Origin: Sminthopsis crassicaudata
Lineage: Eukaryota
Direction of reading: 5' to 3'
Assembly: GCF_048593235.1 (NCBI RefSeq)
Contig: NC_133617.1
Coordinates: forward strand, 238,908,937-238,972,936
Length of the DNA stretch: 64,000 nt
The notes below the pieces were generated by a model. The model was not told where the DNA came from and searched no databases. It saw only the letters and a program-made list of their open reading frames with translations. Position 1 is the first letter of the stretch. Every line of letters starts with the position of its first letter. The position numbers and the translations under genes are program-made. Of the stretch, positions 26,430-39,410 are shown in pieces.

Positions 26430-27131
26430 TAAATATCAGCTATACCTAGGTACTCTGCATATGAAACAAAATGAAAAACATTTCCTGCCCTCAAAAATTT
26501 TTTGTGTTATACTGACAGAATAAAACAGTAAAAAGACAAGAATGCATCTAATAATTCCAGAAGGAAGGAGAATCAAATTAAGGATATCATTCAGGTTTCT
26601 TTAGGAGATGGTATGTGAGCTGAGCCTTGAAAAAGCTAGGAATTCTCAGAAGCAGAGTTAGAGTGCTCTTTGGCATGGAAAACTGCAAAAGCATGGAGAT
26701 GATACCACATTTCTGGAATTGCATATAGGGTAGAATTGATCAAAGTGGGGGAGCAGTATGTTGTCTCCTTAGAAAAATAAGTAAAAGCCATATTGTGTAG
26801 TAAGCTTATTGTATTTGTATTTTCTCCTACAGGTAGACATTTTTTAAGCCTCAGAGTGACATGTTCAATCTTGTCCTTTAGGAAGATTATTTTGATAATT
26901 GTGTGGAGAAGAGATTGGAGAGAAAACTGTAAACCTGGGGACAGGTCAGGATATTATTGGAAGGTAGAGAGGTGAGAAAAGGGAGTACTGAAGTAATGCC
27001 CACAAGATGTTGCAAACTTACTAGGGAGAGGGCAAAATAGAGAATGATCAGTTTGATCAATTGGGAGGATTAAAGATGGTGGTACCCTCAGTAGAGATAA
27101 GCTTGGAAGATTAGGTAGTTTTATAAGGGAA

Positions 27132-27162
<31 letters not shown>

Positions 27163-27230
27163 GTGTTGAAATAACCTATGGGATATTAAGCTAAGATGCT
27201 GAGTTTTGTTAGTTGTGGATGTGGGATTTA
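26430..27230 (-). mobile_element. L2 LINE fragment
   Basis: Same antisense L2 motifs (tgtgagctgagccttgaa; ttaggaagattattttga). Confidence 0.55.
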
Positions 27231-27289
27231 GTTTAATTTAGGATAGGAAATCCTAGCAGTTATAAGAAAAAAAATTAGAGATCTGCAGT

Positions 27290-27291
<2 letters not shown>

Positions 27292-27340
<49 letters not shown>

Positions 27341-27471
27341 AGGCTGGGGATAAGTGACTTGCCCAGGGTCACACTGCTAGGAAGTGTTAAGTGTCTGAGA
27401 TCAGATTTGAACTCAGGTCCTCCTGAATTCAAGGCAGGTGCTCTATTATCCACTGTGCCACCCAGCTGCCC
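27292..27471 (-). mobile_element. Young WSINE1-type SINE with long poly(A) and 8-bp target-site duplication
   Basis: About 48 T followed by a full antisense SINE ending in ccactgtgccacccagctgcccc; TSD ctgcagta at 27283-27290 and 27472-27479. Confidence 0.85.
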
Positions 27472-28499
27472 CTGCAGTATAAATTAAAAGACCAAAATGT
27501 TGTTATCATTTATACCATATTATAATTAGGGGAAAAAACCCTACTGTTCTAACAACAACAAAAATAGAATACATCAGTTCAATTACATAAAAGAAAAACT
27601 ACCAGAATTAAATCATATATTAAGTCATGAAAACAGCATATTTCCAACAAAGGCATTAAATACTTAGGAATTAATTCTTTTTTTTTAGACATACCTGTCA
27701 TTTATAAAGACAACTATAAAATTGAATAATGGAGTTTAGTAGAAAGGATACTGGACTGGCAGTGAAAGGACATAGATTGAAATTCTGACTTCTTACTAAC
27801 TTTGAGATACTGGTGTTAAATCACTTAACTTCTTTTTTCCCCCAATTTCCCCCTCCCACGCCCTCCCCCCCCCCAATTCTGTATAATAAAGTAAGATTGG
27901 ATTCTGTCTCAAGGTTCTTTCCAACTCTAAATGCTGGCTGTTCTAGAACTTTGTGGGACTCACATCCTTTCTGGAAGTAATCATATGCCTTGTTGATTGT
28001 AATAGTAAGGTTTGCAAGTTAGTCAATACTTGGATATTTCATCCCTGAGTGGACAAAAATAGGTGATTATTATGTGGGAGTTCTTGGCAGTCTCCTTATG
28101 TCTGAAAGTTTCTTTCTGACTACTACTTGCTTGAAATGATCATTTTCTGTAAGTTTGTAAAAGATAAACTGTAACTACACATAATCCCTTTCTACCAGTG
28201 AATTTTCTTTAGTTTATATCTTTGATAATCTTGATTAATTGGTTCTATATTCATAATTTTTTAAAAATAGATTTTTATCGATCAGTTTTATTTTTTGCAT
28301 TTATTGGATCTTTTCCCCATTCCCCCCTTATTCTTTAAGCTTACATTTTGCATTAGAGGATAAAATCTGAGGTTTTCCAATTTAATCTAGTTACTTTTAC
28401 AGAGGAAAGGAAGAATTTAACCTTTGCAGAGCATACTCTGCCAGTCAGCAAGGATGTGTTGTTGTGTTTTTTTTTTTTTGTTTTTTTTTTTTTTTTTTT

Positions 28500-30840
28500 T
28501 GTAATTTTGTATCCTGCAACTTTTATATATATAAAACAATTTTTATAGAATTATTTCTATAGCTTTTCAGCAGAATCTTTGGGGTTCTCTAAGCATACCA
28601 TCATATCATCTGCAAAGAGTGATAGTTTGGTTTCCTCATTACCTACTCTTAATTCCTTTAATCTCTTTCTCGACTCTTATTGCTGATGCTAGGGTTTCTA
28701 ATACAATATTGAATAGTAATGGTGATAGTGGGCAATCTTGTTTCACTCCTGATCTTACTGGGAAAGGTTCTAGTTTATTGCCATTACATATGATGTTACT
28801 GATTATTTTAAGGAATAGTCCATTTATTCCTATATCCTCAAGTGTTTTTAGTAGGAATGGATGTTGGATTTTGTCAAATGCTTTTTCTGCATCTATTGAG
28901 ATGATCATATGGTTTTTGTTAATTTGATTATTGATATACTCGATTATTCTTACAGTTTTTCTAATATTGAACCAGCCCTCTGCATTCCTGGTATAAATCC
29001 CACTTGGGCATAGTGTATTATCCTGGGGATGATTTTCTGTAGTCTTTTTGCTAATATTTTATTTAAAATTTTAGCATCAATATTCTTTAGGGAGATTGGT
29101 CTATAATTTTCTTTCTCTGTTTTCAGCCTACCTGGTTCAATATCAATACCATGGTATCAATACCATGTCTGTGTCATAAAAGGAATTTGATAGGATTCCT
29201 TTAATCCTTATTTTTTCAAATAGTTTATATAGCATTGGAGTTAATTGTTCTTTAAATGTTTTATAGAATTCACATATAAATCCATCTGGTCCTGGGGATT
29301 TTTCTTAGGGAGTTGATTAATAGCTTGTTCTATTTCTTTTTCTGAAATGGGACTATTTAGACTACTTCTTCCTCTGTTAATCTGGGCAAGCTATATTTTT
29401 TAAGGTATTCTTCCATTTCATTTAAGTTATCGAATTTATTTGTATAAAGTTGGGCAAAGTAACTCTTAACTATTGTTCTAGTTTCCTCTTCATTAGTGGC
29501 GAGTTCTCCCTTTTCATTTTTAAGAGTAACAATTTGCTTTTCCTCTTTCCTTTTTTAAATCAGATTTACTAAGGGTTTGCCTATTTTGTTGTTTTTTTCA
29601 TAGAACCAACTCTTAGTTTTATTAATTAATTCAATAATTTTTTTACTTTCAATTTTATTAATCTCTCCTTTTATTTTTAGAATTTCAAGTTTCGTGTTTG
29701 TCTGGGGATTTTTAATTTGTTCCTTTTCTAGCATTTTTAGTTGTAAGCCCAATTTGTTGACCCTCTCTTTCTCTATTTTATGCAAGTAGGCCTCTAGAGA
29801 TATAAAACTTCCCCTTATTACTGCTTTGGCTGTATCCCACACATTTTGGTATGATGTCTCATTATTGGCATTTTCTTGGNNNNNNNNNNNNNNNNNNNNN
29901 NNNNNNNNNNNNNNNNNNNNNNNNNNNNNNNNNNNNNNNNNNNNNNNNNNNNNNNNNNNNNNNNNNNNNNNNNNNNNNNNNNNNNNNNNNNNNNNNNNNN
30001 NNNNNNNNNNNNNNNNNNNNNNNNNNNNNNNNNNNNNNNNNNNNNTAATTATGTCTATGATTTGCTGTTTTACCCAATCATTCTTTAGTATAAGATTATT
30101 TAGTTTCCAATTATTTTTTGGTCTATTTTCCCCTGGCTTTTTATTGAATGTAATTTTGAATGTAATTTTCATTGCATCTGCCTTGCTGCATTTGATTTTG
30201 AGGTTTTCATATCCTAATATATGGTCAATTTTTGTATAGGTTCCATAAATTGCTGAGAAGAAAGTATACTCCTTTCTGTCTCCATTTAGTTTTCTCTAAT
30301 GATCTATCATATCAAACTTTTTTTGTATTTTATTTATTTTGTGGTTTGATTTATCTAATTCTGAGAGTGCAAGGTTAAGATCTCCCACTATTATAGTTTT
30401 GCTGTCTATTTTTTCTTACAGCTCTCTTAATTTCTCTTTTAAGAATTTAGATGCTGCACCACTTGGTGCGTATATGTTTAATATTGATACTGCTTCATTA
30501 TCTATATTACCCTTTAGCAAGACATAGGGCCCTTCCCTATTTTTCCCTCTTTTAATTTGATCAATTTTTGCTTTTGCTTGATCTGAGATGAGGATGGCTA
30601 CCCCTGCTTTTTTGGCTTCACCTGAAGCATAGTAGATTCTGCTCCAACTTTTTACCTTTATTCTGTATGTATCACCCTGTTTGAGGTGTGTTTCCTGTAA
30701 ACAACATATTAGGATTCTGGCTTTTAATCCAGTCTGCTAACTGCTTCCTCTTTATGGGGGAGTTTACCCCATTCATATTTATGGTTAAAATGACTAATTC
30801 TATATTGCTTGCCATCATGTTAACCCCTGCTTATTCTTTT
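28500..30840 (-). mobile_element. L1 ORF2 fragment, endonuclease to reverse transcriptase, internally deleted and spanning a gap
   Basis: Minus-strand peptides [47 protein letters not shown] and INKTKSWFYEK are L1 ORF2 motifs. Confidence 0.92.
29880..30045. other. Assembly gap (166 N)
   Basis: Run of N inside the L1 fragment. Confidence 0.99.
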
Positions 30841-33800
30841 CTCAGATTTAGTTTTCTTATATTTAAATATTTACTCTTCAGCATGATGAATTGGAACTGA
30901 TTTTTTTTTTTTTTAAACCTATATCTGGTATATTTGAAGATATAAAAAAAGTAAAATTAGCCTAAAACCAATTACTTTTTTAGTACAGCTTTTTAGAGTA
31001 GTTCTATCCTAAATGCCAATTGCAATGTTATTATTGCCATATCTTTGGTTTTTCCAAATGAATTGCCACATAGTTGTCTTTAACTAGTGGGTATATAAAG
31101 CAGAATATTGCTATTTTGGGTTTGTTAAATTCTGCCTTATGTTTATTTGAAAAGAGTCATGAATTAGTAGTGCATTATTAACTTGTGATTTTGATTGGTA
31201 TTGACACAAAATCAGATTAAATTAATATTTTAAATATTTCAAGAATTTAGAGTTTTTAAAAATTAGTGAACAACCAATTTTTTCTTCTGTATAATCAAGC
31301 AGTACAAATTTCTGAATTAGCCATGTCTGAAAATAATCTTTTATTCTATATCCTGAATCTATCACTTGGAAGTATGGTAGCATGATTCATTTTTTGGAAT
31401 GATGGATTATTGTATTGATCAGAAATTCTTAGTATTTCCAAATTGTAAAAATATCTTAAAATTTTCCTTTTTGTCAATACATTTCAGCAACCATTACCAC
31501 CTAACTTTCTTGAACTGGGAACATCTTTAGCATTTGAAGAGAACCTTGCTGCTCAGCTCTTAAAGATGAATTCTTTCTTCTCAGGAGAAGTTGAAATAAT
31601 GGAAAAGAAAATAGCTTCTATTTGAAATAATGATGATCACCAAATATTTTGTATATTTCCTTGTTTCCAGTTGTAATTTTCTGGCTATTTAATTCAGTTA
31701 TTCATAAACAGAGTACTCAGGTATTAGATAATGCTGTTCACTCCCTGACTAGTTCTTAGGAAGAATAAGAAGAGAGGTTCACTTTTCTTTTTTGTTTTAA
31801 GGAAAAAGTAATTTAAGGGCAGAGTGGTGGTAGCTGAAAATATTGGCTAGGTTTTGGGTGATCTGTGGATTTTGATTATTCATGCAATTTTTGTATTATT
31901 TGAGGATTTTTATTATTCATTTAAGTTTGGCTACATATAATGAAAAGATATATAGTAAAATATCTCTGGATATGAAAGCCTAGAATATACACAAATAATG
32001 TATCCATTATGTAGCCATTATCTCATGGCTTTCTCAATGTCTTATCAGGTATTTGTTTGTTTGTTTAATGGACTAGCTATGTGGGCTTGTCAATTAGAAG
32101 CATTTCATAGAATCTTGGAGCTAGACCTGTTAGGTCATTTTTAACAACTCCCACTATCTTTATCAGCTTGCTTTATAACTTTTCTGACCAGTTGTCTTCA
32201 TATAGCTTTTGTTTAAAGACTCTAGGGATGTAGAAAGTCTTTTCTACTCTGGATCAGGTCAGATTCTTAAGAAGTTTTCCCTTGTAGTCTTTTTGTGTAT
32301 AATTTCTCCTGTAATTTCTTTAGTGTCCCCTCTGATTAAGCATGTAACTCATTTAACTTTTATATAGCAATTATGTTTCATTTTAAGTCTTTTATGTAAT
32401 CTTTCTTGTTGCCTTCAACTAAATCTTGTAGGGAAACATACCTAGAGATAGTTGGATACCAAGTGGTTATCTGCCTAGGCTATAATTTTAGATTTTGTTG
32501 AGAAATACTTAAAAATTACTGCTAATAAGTATGAATGAAATTATACTTATTAAGTACTAGTTGCAGTGTTCCAGACACTATGCTACTGTAGTATTTTGGG
32601 AAGTCCATAATTACACTGACGACTAAAAACATCCCGTGAGTAATGCCTTAAGGAAGAGTGAGTAAAGATCTGAAACTTTTAATTTCTTAGTTGTACTCTA
32701 TATTCACTTTGTGAAACTGGATGAATCTTCTTTGAACAAACTACAGTTTGCATTTCCAAAGATTATTAATAGAAATAATATCTTGATAATTATCTAAGAC
32801 AAGTTGTAGAGCAGTGCTGATTTGCTTTGAGAGAATGGGTTTCCTTAATTCCCTATACTGATGAAATCACAGATCCAGTCCAAAATAGAAGCAAAAACTA
32901 ACTTTGTGTACTTGAAAGAATACAGTACAGCACAGTATAATATATATTTAAGTGCCTGCTATGTGCCAAATATTGTCTTAATTGCTGAGGATACAAATAA
33001 GAAAAAGACAGTCCTTGTCCTGGAGGACCTTACAGTCTAATAGGAGAAGAACAAAGGGAAACTGAAAGGAGTCAAGAGAAAAATGCTGAGCGTGGGAGCA
33101 TGATGTTGGTGAAACACAGCTAGTGGAAAATGAAGAGTTGGCTGGGCTTCAGATGCTTCTTTAAGCCTTAGGGAGGAGTTTTTTCTTCAGTCAGAATGGA
33201 TATTGACACAGGATATTGAAAAGTACTGATGCTGTATGAGTTCTACAGCTGAAGGAATCTCTCTAAGGATGAGTTTCCTGATGAGCTTTGAGATTTTCCC
33301 CAGGGCAGGGAAGTGGTTACAGAATGTAGTGATGAACTCAAATAAACTCTAATATACTATGTCACAGCATTAATTTTGATTGGTAATTGCCAATCAAATT
33401 TGATTAGGGCTAATAAGCCTAAAGTATGTAGGGCTTATTATTATACCCATTGTCTTAGAGAAAGGAAGGAACATTATGCTTTCTCCCATACCCACTGGAG
33501 TAGCTACTCATAGGCCTTTTCCTAATACTAGATATTAATTTATTAGATTATTTAATTTAAGATTAATTTTATTTAAGATTAATTAGATTATTAATTAGAT
33601 AATAATTAGATAAAAACTAATACTAGAGAAGCTTCATCCAGTGTGAATGTCTTGCCTCTCTCCATGCATTCTGGTGGTCCTTTATTCTTGAGGGCTTATC
33701 CTATTGGTGCTGGACTTAGTTTGGGTACCTAATTGACTATGGTTCATAACTCCCATACTCATCTTCACTCTTCCTCAGTAGCAGGAAAGCTGCGCAATGG

Positions 33801-34818
33801 GTTTGCTACCAGACACAGATTTATCAAGGATTTCTCAAGTCATTTGACTAACTAGGTGATAATTTATCTTTACTTTCCATCCATAGCTCTTTGTTAAATG
33901 TTTGCAGATCTTTAAAGGTATCATGAAATCATTTTTTAAAAACTATAATGGCATAATGCTAAGATAAAGGAAGCACAGACCCTTGAAACAACAATTATGA
34001 CGACTAGCCCTCAATAGTTATGGTTGTGACCTTAAATTATATAATTATATACTATGATTTTCTTTATAATGGCAACACTTAGGAACTATAAGTTGCTATA
34101 AAAGGACTGTTTGATAAGAAGGGTGGTTTTTTTTGTTTTTTAGTGGCATGTATGTGACTAATCAAGACAGATTGTGGAGGATAAGTCAAGAAAGTGATAA
34201 TAATTAATGGAAAATTCTGAGTTTAATTTTTGCTCTTTTATGCGAGTCAGTTATACTCCAGACAAGAAATTATATCCTATCTTCTCTCTGTGTGTAGCTC
34301 TTTCTCTATCTCTGTCTATATATGTTTGTGTGTATGTGATTATCTGTTTTACCTTTAAAAATTGGTCATACTAGGCAATGTCTTTGCACTGAAAGTGGAA
34401 TCTGTTTTTTCAAACTAGCCAAATGTTTATGAAATCAAACTTTGAAAGTTGAAAGCTGGGCCTGAAACTGAAATTCAGTGTCAAACAATTCTAGTTCAGC
34501 TGTTTGAAGTAGTACAGGATGAAGTATGGATTATTCATGTCTTTTAGAACCTTGGAATTCATAAACAGTTATTTTATGCTAGAAACATTTAAATGATAGC
34601 TTTTTTGTTATGTCAAGGTGAAAGTATATTTGAAATTTCGTGACTTCAGTGTGTTGTTAAACTTGAAAGCTTCCCTTGTATTGCCCAAAGATGTAGTCAA
34701 AAAAACATATTGGGTTTTGGGTGGTTGTATTGTGAATTTTTTTCCCTATGCATTGTCTTTTTCCCCCTCTTTGTCTTTTCTTTGAAAAAAAAAACAAACA
34801 GTAATTTGTTATTTTCAG

Positions 34819-34954
34819 GTAGTACAGCAGCCTTCTGGAGGCATTGTCAAACAAGTGACTGCCCTACCACATTCTTCAGCCCTGACTACTCAGAAATCTG
34901 GACAAAAGAGGATGCCTCTGAATACACTAATACAAACAAATCAGTTTCCTACAG
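34819..34954 (+). CDS. TAF4B: TAF4B exon 8: VVQQPSGGIVKQVTALPHSSALTTQKSGQKRMPLNTLIQTNQFPT(A)
   Basis: Acceptor ttttcag|GTA and donor ACAG|gtaggg; 136 nt, phase 0 to 1. Confidence 0.92.
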
Positions 34955-35823
34955 GTAGGGTTTCTGTTTTGCAATTGGGATTTGGAACATCTTGGGGTGA
35001 TAGGATTGTGGGGGAAATGTTTTTTCTTTTCTCTTTTCTCTTACTTGGGGGGTTAGAAAGGATTTGGATTTGAGGATGCTACTTTGACTTAGCAGTAAAT
35101 TGCAAAGTAATGTTACAGCATATTAGAGATTAATAGAGAAAGAATTAGCCATGTATTAATACCATTGGGTTGTATTTTGTCCACTATTATTGGGGTGTGT
35201 GTGTGTGTGTCTGGCTGTCTGTCTCTGCGTGTGTGTAGTCACATGTATATATGCATAGGTGAATGGCTTCAGGTGATATTCTGGCCCTGGGAAAAATAGA
35301 TTAGTTTTTTTTATTTAAAAAGTATAGTGCTAGGAAAGTATTCTTCATTTGTTTGCAGCCAGCAGTCATGAATTGTTAGAAAGTAAAAAAGTTTTCTAAA
35401 AATATGTTGTGGTCTAATATAACTTCAATACTGATATGGCTATTTGGCCAGTTTAAAAAAAAGCTGAAATTTTGAAGTTTGAATTCTGTGGCATAAATAT
35501 AAAAAATCAAATTCATTTCTTGGGGCTAAGACAGGATGAAGTGTGATGTGTTTTATAGTTTGAAAAGAATCATAGTCTAAATATATAAACAAAAATAATT
35601 GTGTTAAGTGAAGCATGGATCTCTTAAGATAGTAATGAGAGTTTAATCTTACAGAATAAAATGTAAATTCGATGTTGTATTTTAATTAAGTGGACATAAT
35701 TGTTAATTTGTCAGCTTAAAATTGTCTTTAATCAGACAATATGTGAAATAATTATCTTGATTTTTTTCCTATTGTGACATGTTTGAGTGTATGTATTATG
35801 GGTGGCTTTTTTTCCCTTCCCAG

Positions 35824-35929
35824 CTTCCATACTAAAGCAAATTACCCTGCCAGGAAATAAAATTTTGTCGCTTCAAGCAACTGCTGTTCAGAAAAACAAA
35901 ATAAAAGAGAATGGAACAACATCCTTCAG
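35824..35929 (+). CDS. TAF4B: TAF4B exon 9: (A)SILKQITLPGNKILSLQATAVQKNKIKENGTTSF(R)
   Basis: Acceptor cccag|CT and donor AG|gtaaag; 106 nt, phase 1 to 2. Confidence 0.94.
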
Positions 35930-38559
35930 GTAAAGAAAGTAGCTAGAACTTCATATGACATAAAGGAATGATCTCAACAAAGAATAGATAGGATTACCAA
36001 TAGAATAAATAATACTTTAGACTGCTTGGTTTAAACTGTCTCTTTGGCAGGCTATGATCTTTAATGATGGAAAAAGAAGAAATATCTGTATATTTACAAT
36101 TGATCTTTAAATTATAAGAAAACTTGAAATAGGCTCAATCAAAAAATAAATTTCTATATCCATAATATGTGCGTCCACATATTAGATTATCCCTTTGTTT
36201 TGTTTTTTACTCAATCAGCAAACATTCATTAAGTAGTAAATATGTGCCAGGCACAGTGCTAAACATTAGACAATTTTTTTAAAATATGGAAATATAGTTA
36301 ATATCTCAATTTACTTGGAAATCATAATGAATGAAACATCTTTGAAAATTAGCAAAGTGTTTAGTCTGGATTGAGCCACTGAATTCTTGTTCAGTTTAGA
36401 TGCCATTGGATTTAATTTGAAATTGATTGGTAGCCTTCAAAAATTTAAGGTAAAGGCAGAAATTATTGACTTAAGTTTTAATTATGGCTTTTGTCACAAA
36501 ACCTGGCTTATAGCTGAGTTGTACTTAACTATCCATTGTTAGCAGACCATTAACCTTCAGAAGTAGAAATATACTGCTGAATTATCATAAAAATGAAAGT
36601 TTGTGAATTAATCCAGTTGGCCAGTTTGTTAAATTTATGGTTCAAAATGTTCATAGAAATGCATATTATCTAACATTTTTTAGAATGTTTATTATTGTCA
36701 AAGTTCTTAAGAAATATTTTCTATATAAATTCTTTGCTTTTATTGCAAATAAGAGTTGTCTGCTGTTGTTTTTTCTTACTATTCAATAGCATTTGATTAG
36801 TGGTTGTAGTCTATTAAACTTCAAAAGATTATATGGTGAAGCAAGCCAGAGAATTATAAAGTGAACAAATATTGTCATTTCTCTTAGGTTATAGTAATTA
36901 AAATTTCCATTTTACAGTCATTGTCACATTAAAATATGATATATAATACCATTATGGAATTTTCCATTTATAATGTGTTTGAAATCTTCTATATATTTAT
37001 ATAGTAGCAAAGGTGAAGTACAGGGCTTATCTTCTGATACCTGTATTTTGAAAGTCAGTATTGTTGATTAAATATCTGAATTTATCTGTCTTATGTTGTT
37101 ATCTCCTTCTTCCCTCTGTCTTTATTTAATCAAGTATTTGATGAGATTTAAATTTTTTAATTTTGATGAGATAAGTATTTGATGAGATTTAAATCTTTTG
37201 TACTCGTGTTTTTAAGGTCTTCTATATACAGTAATTCCTCTCCCATATCAACACCCCCCCCAAAAAAAAAAAAAAAGTAATAATTTTTCATTAAGAGTGA
37301 TTGTTTTAAATGCAGACCTTATTAAAGTAACAAGGTAGATATACTTCTTTGTTCTAGACAGATATACTGCTCCTATTTTTTCTCATGGCTTTTTTTCTTT
37401 GTCTACATACCATCAAATAAATCGTCTTGCTACCTCTCTGCAATTTTTTTTTTTTTTGCCCTAAAAGTGATGTTATTTGACTATCACCAGTACAAATATC
37501 CCATCAATTATTAAACATTAATTACCAGTTCTTTTTTAAAACTACATTTTGTTAATAAAATAAATTTTTAAATGAATTTTTATTGATAAATCACTCTGGC
37601 ATATTACCTAAATTTATTGCTCTCTCTCCTTCTTTTTCTCAAAAACTACCCTTTATAACAAAGATGTTTTTGATAAAGAAGAAAAAAACCAATAAGATTG
37701 ATTATTACATTGGAAAAATTTGGTAGTATACAGTATTCCACAACTCTGGACCCTGCACCTCACCTCTTCAAAGTACCTAATCTAGGTCTATCTTTTTATA
37801 ACTTTTGGGGGTCAAAGTTGTCCTTCAAAAATTTGCAGCCTTTGTTTTGTGTTTTTTTTTCCTCTTGTCATTATTATTCTCATTTTGAATTTATTTTATC
37901 AGTTTTCCAATTAATGAAACATATTCTTCGTTTACCAGCTTTTTCTGTCATAAAAAGTGCTAATATAATATAATGGAGTACTTTTTCCCCTATGGTGTAA
38001 TAGTATAGAGTAACTCTCTTTACATATTTCTCAATTGGTTTCCAAAACATTTTTATCAGTTTTCAGCTCCACTAATTATATACCTACTGTAGTAGGTGTC
38101 TATCCACAACCCTTTCAATATCTCTTGCTCTCATCTTTTATCATCTTATTTCCTAGGTATTATGTAAAATCTTACGGATTTTAATTCATTTGTTTGTTCA
38201 GAACTAGAAAGAGCAAGATTTTGCAACTAAATGAATTTTAGTTTTTAGTTGTCCTAAAACAGCAAGTATAACACAACTAAAGGAAGCTAAATCATTTGTC
38301 TCCCACTCAACATTAACTAAATCTTCAATTTTAAGATTTCCCTACATGTTAACATTTTACATCAAAATGTTGACATTTCCTATAGGCTGAATTGAAGTGT
38401 CTGCTTGCGAGTGTCAGACTGGTGATTTAATGGCAGAGCTGAGAACTTCTAACATTGGCCCTTGACACATTGTATGTATGGTAGTGGTTGGTCCTTTTTA
38501 ATAGTTCTTCATTTAGTGCTGGTGAGCCATTTAATGGGTACCCAAGCCCCTATGTACCA

Positions 38560-38900
38560 TTTAGATATGATGACAGGTCTGTGATTTGAGCCTTGAGCTG
38601 CTGCTGGCATTCCTTGTGACTGCTGTTTGTAGCCCTGCTTCTTTGCCTCATTGACTGCAGGTTACCACTATTGCTGAAGGAACCATCCTCATTTCTCTTA
38701 GTTGCATGCCAAGTTCATCTCCTGGCTGCTGCTGTTTCCCAGCTTTTCACAGCTATAGCATGTTGTTTGAAGATAGTGGGTTTTTTCCCCTGTATAGCTT
38801 CTAGTCAACTACATGCCACTTTGTATTACTGCAACTCAAGTGGTCCGTTGTGATAACTTCCTTCCAATATATCCTGCCCAATTTGACCATGCCTGTGCTT
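38560..38900 (-). mobile_element. Possible ancient RTE-clade LINE C-terminal fragment
   Basis: Minus-strand frames give NWAGYIGR and, downstream, SWETAAARR*TWH, resembling the RTE motifs LRWAGHVxR and WExxAxDRxxWR; heavily decayed. Confidence 0.35.
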
Positions 38901-39019
38901 ATAATTCCTCCCTTTCTGTGCATTTTTGGGCTCTGGTATGTTATAAAAAGAACACACTTTTAACCTGAAAAAACAGCATGGAACAGACACCATGCTTGTT
39001 AGGATTTCTTGCTTATAAA

Positions 39020-39410
39020 ATATATTTAGAACAGTAAAAACAGAACAAACTCATTTATGTGGCAAAGTAGTGAGATCATTCTATAGTAGAGGTGAAAAGC
39101 CTATCAAACTTAAGGATAGCTGGTTGTCCAAAATATGAATTTAAGTTCAACTTTAAATTTAATTAAAGTATCCCTAAACATAATATAAATTTAAAAGCTA
39201 TTTAAACGTGGGATGACTCTTTTGATTATATAAATAAACATTCTTAGAGTATAACAAAAGCTACAAAAACATTGTGGGCCTAAAAGTAGCCACCAATTAA
39301 GAAAGCATTAAAGCTCAAATTTATTATTAATTGAATAACAATAATAAAGTCAAAATCCCTACAGCCTATATTGGACAATTTTGTAACTGTATAGAAGATA
39401 TAATGCTAAT
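39020..39410 (+). pseudogene. NUMT: degenerate fragment of mitochondrial 16S rRNA
   Basis: Colinear conserved 16S blocks: TATGTGGCAAA, GTAGAGGTGAAAAGCCTA, GATAGCTGGTTGTCC, AGTTCAACTTTAAA, GGCCTAAAAGTAGCCACCAATTAAGAAAGC, ATAGAAGATATAATGCTA. Confidence 0.88.

Noticed and set aside
39020-39410. A functional rRNA gene
   Set aside because: Partial, decayed and embedded in a nuclear intron, so called a NUMT.
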